Source: Leptospiraceae bacterium
Lineage (GTDB): Bacteria; Spirochaetota; Leptospiria; Leptospirales; Leptonemataceae
Assembly (NCBI GenBank): GCA_040217195.1
Contig: JAVJNR010000004.1
Location: 576,001 to 640,000 of the forward strand
Length of the DNA: 64,000 nt
Direction: 5' to 3'
This document shows, one piece after another, positions 1 to 7,696 of the stretch; the stretch's first letter is position 1, and each line of letters begins with the position of its first letter. Position numbers and translations under genes: made by a program. The notes below the pieces were generated by a model, which saw only the letters and a list, made by a program, of their open reading frames with translations, made no database searches and was not told where the DNA came from.

Positions 1-38
1 GTATTTGCCTTTCTGGACAGCCAGGCTGTAATCCAGAA

Positions 39-998
39 ATGAATACTATACGAGCGGGCATAATCTTGCCGATGATTCTCTTACTTTCCATTTTCCCCGG
101 TTGCCAGCCGGAGGAACAGCAATATTCGCATGAAGACATTGACCGATGGTCCTTCCTGGACAATGCCCGGTTTCGGGGCAAGGCGGAGCTGGCAGAATAC
201 AGCGGAACCATTATACGCTACGGACAACCGCGAGACGCAGAATTGGTGCTCATTACTGTCATGGAGCCCTTTATTCGAGATCAGATGGTCAAATCAGAGT
301 CCCAGACCGGTTTCTATGCTATCAAGCAAAACCAGGTCCTGAGCTACCGAACTGGAGTGTATCCCTATCGTCAGATGAATTCTGTGTTCTGGCAGCGACA
401 GTCCGGCCGTTTTCTGAAGGCCGTGATGACAACCCAGGAATGGTGTGGCCAGACCTATCGGGAACTACGGAGCCAGGGTAAGACTTTACAGCTTTTCTAC
501 AGCTCCTACTGGGAAGATGAGTCCAGGGGCTATCATACACTTTCTTATCCTACCGAAGCCAATCATGTGCTAATGTACGATGAGTTGCCCCTCTATGTAA
601 GAAAAGACAATCTGCAGTCCGGATCGGTGGCTCTTTATCCTATGCTCATGAGTTCCCAGATTCGGCGTCCGGACTGGGACATTGGCCATCCGGCTCGTAT
701 GCCTGACTTTCGAAAGGGAACTCTAAAAGTAGAAACAGAGGAAGTTCTTCGCGGAGGTCAGAAACGACAGGTTCGGGTAGTTACAGTTACCCAGGATTCT
801 TTCGAATCAGAAAATGGAACAGTACCGGAAAAGATCGATGTATTTTATGTTGATCTGCAGTCTTCGCTAAGACCCTTACTTCGATGGGAACGCAACGATG
901 GAGGAGTTCTGGAACTGAATAGCATCAATTATACGGATTACTGGAGCCAGAATGATCCTGGAGATAGGTTGCCACAGAACTCTGTAATTCCAGAATAG
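39..998 (+). CDS. Hypothetical lipoprotein with QEWCG motif
   Basis: 319-aa ORF; hydrophobic leader ending IFPG-C; GKAEL, GVYPYRQM and TTQEWCGQ blocks look conserved; 5 nt before the riboflavin synthase gene. Confidence 0.65.
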   Translation: MNTIRAGIILPMILLLSIFPGCQPEEQQYSHEDIDRWSFLDNARFRGKAELAEYSGTIIRYGQPRDAELVLITVMEPFIRDQMVKSESQTGFYAIKQNQVLSYRTGVYPYRQMNSVFWQRQSGRFLKAVMTTQEWCGQTYRELRSQGKTLQLFYSSYWEDESRGYHTLSYPTEANHVLMYDELPLYVRKDNLQSGSVALYPMLMSSQIRRPDWDIGHPARMPDFRKGTLKVETEEVLRGGQKRQVRVVTVTQDSFESENGTVPEKIDVFYVDLQSSLRPLLRWERNDGGVLELNSINYTDYWSQNDPGDRLPQNSVIPE

Positions 999-1003
999 TT
1001 TCT

Positions 1004-1606
1004 ATGTTTACCGGAATCATAGAGTCCAGAGGTAAAATTCAACGTATCAGTCCATCCAGAGGAAATCTAACCTTCCTGGTTGAGAGCCATATTTCAAAGG
1101 AATTAAAACCAGGGGACAGCGTTTCGCATAACGGAGTATGTCTAACAGTAGAAACCATTCCGTCCCAAAGTCAGTACACTGTGAGCGCAATCCAGGAGAC
1201 CCTGGCGAAAAGTAATCTGGGTGATCTAAGTGAGGGCAATGAAGTGAACCTGGAAAGATCCTTGCGAGGAGATGGACGCATTGATGGTCATTTTGTGCAG
1301 GGTCATGTAGATACCATGGGGAATATTCTGGAAATCTCCGAATTGGATGGAAGCCATGAATTCTGGATTTCCTTTCCAGAATCGGAAAGCGACCTGGTTG
1401 TTCCAAGAGGAAGCATCGCATTGGATGGAATAAGCCTTACCGTTGCAGAGCTGGAAAAGGAACGATTTAAGATAGCGATTATTCCTCATACCATCGAAAA
1501 CACAAACCTGGGAAGTCGAAAAACTGGCGATCGTATCAATCTTGAATTCGATATTCTGGGAAAGTATATCCGTCGCATGCTACAGAGCCGGGGATCCCTT
1601 TCTTGA
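1004..1606 (+). CDS. ribE: Riboflavin synthase (alpha chain)
   Basis: Diagnostic MFTGII N-terminus; GDSVSHNGVCLTV, VNLERS, GHFVQGHVD, GSIALDGISLTV and INLEFDILGKY motifs. Confidence 0.97.
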   Translation: MFTGIIESRGKIQRISPSRGNLTFLVESHISKELKPGDSVSHNGVCLTVETIPSQSQYTVSAIQETLAKSNLGDLSEGNEVNLERSLRGDGRIDGHFVQGHVDTMGNILEISELDGSHEFWISFPESESDLVVPRGSIALDGISLTVAELEKERFKIAIIPHTIENTNLGSRKTGDRINLEFDILGKYIRRMLQSRGSLS

Positions 1607-1748
1607 CCTGAATTTTAGCGCTATTACGAAGAAAAGATATTAGTGCTTTTAGCAATCAGGAAAACTATTAAATGCCTCAATTCTGATTTCGTACATTTTC
1701 TCTGCTACCTTGCTTGACGAATGGCAATTGCCCTGACGTTTCTGAGCA

Positions 1749-2738
1749 ATGGGCCATCATTCGCATACCGGGAACGATCAATCCAGTACCTCCGGACATA
1801 CTATGAGCAGTCCAAACCAGTCTGCCGAAGAATTGCAGCACTCACACAGCCATGGAGCCCATGACCATGGAATTGAAATCCGGGACAGTACATCAATTCG
1901 TCTCTGGATTGGTATTATCATTAACGTATTATTTGCAGGCGCTGAAGCGGTGGCCGGTTTCTGGACCGATTCCCTGGCACTTCTGGCCGATGCCGGCCAT
2001 AATTTCAGCGATGTAATGGGTCTAATTCTTGCGCTCATCGCAGTGCATCTGGGAAAGCAGGCAGCCACCGAACGATTTACCTATGGTAAAGGCCGGGCAT
2101 CCATACAGATTTCCCTACTGAACTCGGTACTGCTTCTGGGTGCTGCAGGAGCCATCGCTGTTGAGGCAGTCCAGAGACTCCAGGCCCCTGGTGAAGTACC
2201 AGGTATGACCATAGTTCTCATCGCAGCGCTGGGAGTTCTGGTAAATGGGATCTCAACTGCCCTCTACTGGAAAGACCGGAAAGAGGACCTAAATATGCGC
2301 GGTGCGTATCTGCATATGGCAGCGGATGCGCTGGTAAGTCTGTCCGTTGTGGTAGGAGGACTGATAATGCAATGGACCTCTGCTTTCTGGATCGATCCTT
2401 TGCTATCCATCGTTGTGGCCGGAGTAATTGTCTGGAGCACACTGCAACTACTCTGGAATGCACTAAAGCTTTCCCTGGATGCCGTACCGGAGGATATAGA
2501 AACTTCGCGGGTGCGAAAATACCTTGGTGAATTGCCGGGAGTACAGGATGTTCATGATCTGCATATCTGGGCCATGAGTACTAGAAAGTCTGCACTTAGT
2601 GCTCATCTGGTAGTGGATTCTCTGGAAAGGAGTCCGGAGCTTTTACGGAATATTAAGCACACCATGGACAGCAAATTTGGCATCTCACATCCCACCATTC
2701 AAATCGAGCAGGAGAAGGAGGGTTGCTCGGACTGTTAA
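1749..2738 (+). CDS. Cation diffusion facilitator (CzcD/ZitB-like Zn/Co/Cd exporter) with His-rich N-terminus
   Basis: SLALLADAGHNFSD, NMRGAYLHMAADA, VHDLHIWA and HPTIQIE motifs; about 6 TM segments; HSHSHGAHDH leader. Confidence 0.95.
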   Translation: MGHHSHTGNDQSSTSGHTMSSPNQSAEELQHSHSHGAHDHGIEIRDSTSIRLWIGIIINVLFAGAEAVAGFWTDSLALLADAGHNFSDVMGLILALIAVHLGKQAATERFTYGKGRASIQISLLNSVLLLGAAGAIAVEAVQRLQAPGEVPGMTIVLIAALGVLVNGISTALYWKDRKEDLNMRGAYLHMAADALVSLSVVVGGLIMQWTSAFWIDPLLSIVVAGVIVWSTLQLLWNALKLSLDAVPEDIETSRVRKYLGELPGVQDVHDLHIWAMSTRKSALSAHLVVDSLERSPELLRNIKHTMDSKFGISHPTIQIEQEKEGCSDC

Positions 2739-2740
2739 AC

Positions 2741-2932
2741 TCAGACTGTCAATACTTGTTGCAGATGCTTGCGAATCGATTGGCGGATCACATAGGTTAG
2801 ATTGTGACCGCAGGAAGGGCACTGAATGGGAATTTCCATATGAACCGGTTGCAGCATGATTGCCATGTTATAGTGACACTGACTGCATTCAATTTCCGCG
2901 CGAAATGGTGAAAATTCTTCAATGTGTTCCAC
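2741..2932 (-). CDS. Small zinc-ribbon protein (63 aa)
   Basis: CSQC-x18-CPSCG; AGGAG ribosome-binding site 6 nt before the GTG start; convergent with the CDF gene. Confidence 0.7.
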   Translation of the reverse strand: MEHIEEFSPFRAEIECSQCHYNMAIMLQPVHMEIPIQCPSCGHNLTYVIRQSIRKHLQQVLTV

Positions 2933-3038
2933 AGCAATCTCCTGGACGCAAGCCCTCTTGCTGGGTACATCGGTGGAATAAGGTTTTCCTTTAGTGGAAT
3001 CGGCCTTTCGAGAAAGAATTCTTTATGTCTGACTGGAC

Positions 3039-3236
3039 TCAGGCGGGCGCCTTGAGCTCCTTTCCGTTCTGATCTCTGGCCACGAATCGGTCCGCGCCGG
3101 ATGGCTCGGATTGGCGAAGTCGTTCATTTAGAGCGCGCACCTTTTCCATAGCTCTTTCTTTGTTGGCAGTACTGCCCATGTTGGTAAGCTGAAAACTCTC
3201 GCCGTCCGGACTCACTCTCCAGATTGTATAGCTCAT
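3039..3236 (-). CDS. Small hypothetical protein (about 65 aa)
   Basis: MSYTIWRVSPDGESF...; ATG at 3236 preferred over the ORF-track start at 3278; co-oriented with both neighbours. Confidence 0.55.
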   Translation of the reverse strand: MSYTIWRVSPDGESFQLTNMGSTANKERAMEKVRALNERLRQSEPSGADRFVARDQNGKELKAPA

Positions 3237-3280
3237 GGCCGGGCAAGATATTTCGGACGGGCCCGCCGGCAACTCCAAAT

Positions 3281-4378
3281 TCAGGATTCTATACGAGCGC
3301 CGGGCTCACTTTGAACCGGGTAATACTGCAGATCTCTCTTTTTTAGATAGGCCTCCATCTCATCTGCTGGTTCACTTTGCACACAGAAAAAAGTGCCACC
3401 GCCTCCGGATCCATTGATCTTACCACCGGGAGAACCGGCCGCGCGAAGAGCTCCTAAATGAGCATCGATTTTAAGAGTGGATATACCCACGGTACCGGCC
3501 AGAATTTCATGCTCTTCGCGAAATAGAGTACCCAGAATCTCCGAATTCATTCCTCCCCGACGCAGTAACCGCAGGGCGTCCTGGCACAGATCTCTGTTTC
3601 GAATCTGATTTCGCACATGCATCCTGGCCCGGTCATTTCCAAGTTGCCCTCCGAACAGATCGAAGTATGTCAGAGTGCTCTGCGAAAGAGAGAATTGCGG
3701 GATACTCTCGGTGGCTTCTTGCATGTAACGTCTGGCCGTTTCGCTGGTTCTGGAAAGTACGCCCTGAGTGTCTTTGGGATCTCCAGAATCCACCAGGAGA
3801 ATTTCTCGGGGCTCATGCTCCAGTTTTTCCACTCCATAAGGCAACGGGCCCCCTGCATCCGGATAAACATGCAGAAGACCGCCAATGTAGCAGGTGTACT
3901 GATCCATCATTCCGCCTGCTCCCTGGAACATCTCCTTTTCTCCGCGATAAACTAACTGGGCGCAAAGTACCGGATCATTGATATATTTTTCCTTTTCCGG
4001 ATGATCCCCGATTTCCAGAAGTAGCCTCAGCCAGGCCGCCGACATGGCTGAAGAGCTGGAACAACCAGCGCGAACTGGAATTCTGGAATGAAATTTAAAC
4101 AATCCTCCATCCGGAAACGTAAAGCCCTCTTCCTTCAGTACCTGAGCGATTCCCCAGCAAAAATCCTCGGTACTGCCCGGTTTAGAGGCATTAATATCCA
4201 GATGTCTTTCCTTTTCCGGCAAATCCGGGGTCTGAATCCGGTAAATGCTACCCGCCGCCGGATTGTACTCTATATAGAACCTGAGGTTTACGGCCATGGC
4301 AATAACCGGTAAACCCAGATAATCCTGGTGTTCTCCAAATAAACAGATGCGCCCGGGTGCGCTGGAAATAACCTGCAT
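3281..4378 (-). CDS. GHMP-family sugar kinase (galactokinase-like)
   Basis: SAPGRICLFGEHQDY, IPVRAGCSSSSA, GMMDQ and GSGGGG motifs; ATG at 4378 chosen. Confidence 0.88.
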   Translation of the reverse strand: MQVISSAPGRICLFGEHQDYLGLPVIAMAVNLRFYIEYNPAAGSIYRIQTPDLPEKERHLDINASKPGSTEDFCWGIAQVLKEEGFTFPDGGLFKFHSRIPVRAGCSSSSAMSAAWLRLLLEIGDHPEKEKYINDPVLCAQLVYRGEKEMFQGAGGMMDQYTCYIGGLLHVYPDAGGPLPYGVEKLEHEPREILLVDSGDPKDTQGVLSRTSETARRYMQEATESIPQFSLSQSTLTYFDLFGGQLGNDRARMHVRNQIRNRDLCQDALRLLRRGGMNSEILGTLFREEHEILAGTVGISTLKIDAHLGALRAAGSPGGKINGSGGGGTFFCVQSEPADEMEAYLKKRDLQYYPVQSEPGARIES

Positions 4379-4462
4379 GGACACCAGGGGAAACTTTGTG
4401 TTTCCTGAATTAAAGCCATTTTCAACGCTGTACAAATAGTGGGTCCGGCCCCGGGAGAGAAT

Positions 4463-4780
4463 ATGAAGACAAAAAGCTCCACAAAGAAGTCATCACAAAG
4501 AAAAAGCTCCGGAACAGAAAGCCCTCCGGAAAAAGAGGCCTATGTTCGCAGGGCCCGAAGAATTGAAGGTCAGATCCAGGCTATTTCTCGAATGATCGAA
4601 GAGGAAAGAAACTGCGTTGATATACTGATGCAGGTCCGGGCTGCCCGATCCGCACTGAAATCCCTGTCCATTGAGTTGCTTGAAAGTCATACAAATCAAT
4701 GCGTCCGCGAAGCTTTCGAATCCAACAATGGCGAAAAAACCATCCAGGAATTGCTGGAAGTATTCAAGACCTATTCCTGA
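4463..4780 (+). CDS. csoR: CsoR/RcnR-family metal-sensing repressor, Cu(I)-type
   Basis: RARRIEGQI...ERNCVDILMQVRAA...ESHTNQCV gives the Cys/His/Cys ligand set; directly upstream of copA. Confidence 0.88.
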   Translation: MKTKSSTKKSSQRKSSGTESPPEKEAYVRRARRIEGQIQAISRMIEEERNCVDILMQVRAARSALKSLSIELLESHTNQCVREAFESNNGEKTIQELLEVFKTYS

Positions 4781-4796
4781 ACTCTGCAACTAGCGT

Positions 4797-4822
4797 CATG
4801 CCTGGTAGGGGTAAAGGGCATG
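4797..4822. promoter_or_regulatory. Candidate CsoR operator upstream of copA
   Basis: CATGCC...GGCATG inverted repeat enclosing a G-tract (TGGTAGGGGTA); characterised CsoR operators are G/C-tract pseudo-palindromes. Confidence 0.35.
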
Positions 4823-4868
4823 CAATTTGAATGGCTTTCTCCGCTTAAAACGATTAACTTCACAATAT

Positions 4869-7088
4869 ATGAGCACCGAGGCGCCTGTAGAGGAATCTAA
4901 AAGACAGGGTTTTTCCGTTGATGGAATGACCTGTACAGCCTGTGCCAGTCGCATCCAGAAAGTGCTTTCCAGAACCGACGGAGTCCAGAGCGTCCGAGTA
5001 AATTTTGCCACCGAAACAGCCGGGATCAGCTACAATCCGAGTACAATTACTCAATCCGAGCTGGAGCAGCGGGTTCGCAAACTGGGATACGAAATCAAGC
5101 CAGCAGTCAATGAACTACTGGAGCGCAAAAAAGCAAACCTGGAAAAGGAACGTCGTAATAGGCTGAAGGATCGAATTCTATTCGCATTTAGTGCAGTACT
5201 TACATTACCCCTTGTTTTACCAATGATCTATGAGCCTTTGATGCTTTCGCCTTTCTGGCAATGGATTCTTGCAACCCCCGTACAGATTTTCGCGGGTTTC
5301 CGATTTTATAAAGGAGCCTATCATTCCTTAAAGTCCGGCGCCGGCAATATGGATGTTCTGGTAGCCCTGGGAACTACAGTGGCCTACGCTTTCAGTGTAG
5401 CCCAATTCTTTCTTACCGAGCCCGGACACGTGTATTTTGAGTCCTCGGCCGTGATTTTGACCCTGGTGCTTCTAGGAAAGATGATGGAAAGAAGTGCCAG
5501 GTCTCAGGCCACCAGGGCCATGGAAGAGTTATTGAGCCTGCAGCCGGAGCAAGCGCGAATCCTTTTGAGCGCTGAGTCAGACGAGTCGCAAACAGAAACT
5601 CTGGATGTAAGACTTGTAAATGCTGGAGATCGAATTGTAGTGTATCCCGGGGAAAGAATTCCTCTGGATGGAACCGTGGATTCCGGAGTAAGCGAAACGG
5701 ATGATTCCCTGGTCACTGGAGAATTTGCCCCTGTAACCAAATCTGCCGGCCACTCTGTGTTTTCTGGAAGTTTAAATTTGAACGGAAGACTGATTGTATT
5801 GGTCTCTCGCGAAGTAAATCGATCCAGTGTAGCCAGAATCATGCAGCTGGTAGAGGATGCACAGAATTCTCGCGCACCGGTTCAAAGCCTGGTTGATCGA
5901 GTTTCAGCTATATTCGTGCCAGGAGTTGTGGCCGTATCCATAATTGCATTTCTTGTTAGCTACTTTCTGGGACTGGGCATCAATGAATCCATAGTGCGAG
6001 GTGTTGCAGTTCTTGTAATTGCATGTCCTTGTGCCCTTGGATTGGCCAGCCCCATAGCCATAGTTATTGCCACCGGCATGAGTGCCCGGAATGGCATCCT
6101 GTTCAGAAATGCCATGGCCCTGGAAATATCCGGTCGCATTCGCACTGTATTTTTTGATAAGACCGGAACCCTGACCAGCGGTAAACCCCATGTGGTTTCC
6201 GTTCATGCCTCCGGCGATAGAGACGAGCTTCTGGATACGGCGTATTCTGTGGAATTGGGCTCCGAACATCCACTGTCTGCGGCAATTTTAGAATACTGCG
6301 AAAGCCAGGGAAATCAGCCCCGGCAGACAATCGTGGATTACTCCACAGTTGCAGGAGCGGGAATACAGGCCAGCGCCGAAGATGGCAGCGTGCTGATCGC
6401 GGGCACATCAGACTACTTAAATGATCTGGGCATTTCCACGGTAGATAGCACCGGGGCTGGATCTGTGGTGCATGTGGCCAGAAATGGAAACTACCTGGGT
6501 TATCTATTGCTTCAGGATACGGTAAGGCCAGACGCAGAAAACGCGATTGAAGCGCTTAGATCTCTGGGTATTCAACCTTTGATACTTACCGGGGATCGAC
6601 CGGAGGCAGCCCGGCCCATAGCTGAGAAACTGGGCATAGACTTTCGAGCGGGTCTGAAGCCAGAAGATAAACTGTCCGTAATTGGCGAATGGAAGCAAAG
6701 TCCCACTGGCATGGTGGGAGATGGCATCAATGATGCTCCTGCATTGCAGAGGGCGGATGCAGGCTTTGCCATGGGTTCAGGTACCGATGTCGCTGCTGAA
6801 TCGGCAGACGTAACACTGATGGGGGACAATCCCATGGAGGTGGTGGATGCCATCCGACTTTCAAGAGCTACGATCCGTAAGATCTATCAGAACCTATTCT
6901 TTGCCTTCATTTACAATATTACCGGAATTCCGCTGGCCGCCCTGGGATATCTGAGCCCCATGGTTGCCGGCGCCGCCATGGCATTGAGCAGCGTAAGCGT
7001 AGTTGTCTCTTCCCTGACTCTCTACCGGTTTCGATTTCTGATACACACATCTGCAAAGCCATCCGCAAAAAATAGCACTGAACCCTAA
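4869..7088 (+). CDS. copA: Copper-exporting P1B-1 ATPase
   Basis: GMTCTAC metal-binding domain; TGE, IACPCALGLA, FDKTGTLT, SEHP, GDGINDAPAL, YN and MALSS motifs; ATG at 4869 chosen. Confidence 0.96.
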   Translation: MSTEAPVEESKRQGFSVDGMTCTACASRIQKVLSRTDGVQSVRVNFATETAGISYNPSTITQSELEQRVRKLGYEIKPAVNELLERKKANLEKERRNRLKDRILFAFSAVLTLPLVLPMIYEPLMLSPFWQWILATPVQIFAGFRFYKGAYHSLKSGAGNMDVLVALGTTVAYAFSVAQFFLTEPGHVYFESSAVILTLVLLGKMMERSARSQATRAMEELLSLQPEQARILLSAESDESQTETLDVRLVNAGDRIVVYPGERIPLDGTVDSGVSETDDSLVTGEFAPVTKSAGHSVFSGSLNLNGRLIVLVSREVNRSSVARIMQLVEDAQNSRAPVQSLVDRVSAIFVPGVVAVSIIAFLVSYFLGLGINESIVRGVAVLVIACPCALGLASPIAIVIATGMSARNGILFRNAMALEISGRIRTVFFDKTGTLTSGKPHVVSVHASGDRDELLDTAYSVELGSEHPLSAAILEYCESQGNQPRQTIVDYSTVAGAGIQASAEDGSVLIAGTSDYLNDLGISTVDSTGAGSVVHVARNGNYLGYLLLQDTVRPDAENAIEALRSLGIQPLILTGDRPEAARPIAEKLGIDFRAGLKPEDKLSVIGEWKQSPTGMVGDGINDAPALQRADAGFAMGSGTDVAAESADVTLMGDNPMEVVDAIRLSRATIRKIYQNLFFAFIYNITGIPLAALGYLSPMVAGAAMALSSVSVVVSSLTLYRFRFLIHTSAKPSAKNSTEP

Positions 7089-7282
7089 CCAACGTTACCT
7101 ACAGTTAGCCGACTTATCCCGGCGAAAAATGATTGAATTGAATCCCTGAGGCCTCACTCTTACGGATAGGCCTCCAGCTCAGGATCAAAGATCTGTCTGG
7201 TCAAAGAAACTATGCTGAAAGGAGTCCTGCTCCCTGAGAATTCTCAGGACTCGCTTCTTATAGATAGAAGGACTGTCCAAGG

Positions 7283-7696
7283 ATGACCCAAAAAGCAATG
7301 AGCCGTACAACACGACTGATCACTCAAGCAGCATTCAGAAGATTGACTGCCATCCATCCAGTATACCTGCTGAGTCTGTTTATTGCATGCTCCGGCTCCT
7401 ACTACGGCATTGACGGCCCCAGTGTGATTTCCAGAGATGAAGCGCTTCAACGAATCAATGATGCAAGACTGGTCAAGGTGGCACAATGCGGCTTGAACGA
7501 AACGAACGGCGCTTATCTCTACATTCAATTCACGGAGAATCCCAGAAAGATACTGGATGGAGCCTACTACTCTACAAAGGACGTAGATTCCTGTACAAAT
7601 ATGATTCTATGGGGCTCATGCGAAGCGGCTGCCCAGCCCTGCGGACTGGCACCGGCCGAATTCTTTGACGGCTCCCTATTCCAGGGCGGATTCTAA
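7283..7696 (+). CDS. Small Cys-rich lipoprotein resembling the Leptospira YY..C family (TIGR04452-like)
   Basis: Lipobox-like LFIA-C; GAYYSTKDVDSC motif; several Cys. Confidence 0.6.
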   Translation: MTQKAMSRTTRLITQAAFRRLTAIHPVYLLSLFIACSGSYYGIDGPSVISRDEALQRINDARLVKVAQCGLNETNGAYLYIQFTENPRKILDGAYYSTKDVDSCTNMILWGSCEAAAQPCGLAPAEFFDGSLFQGGF

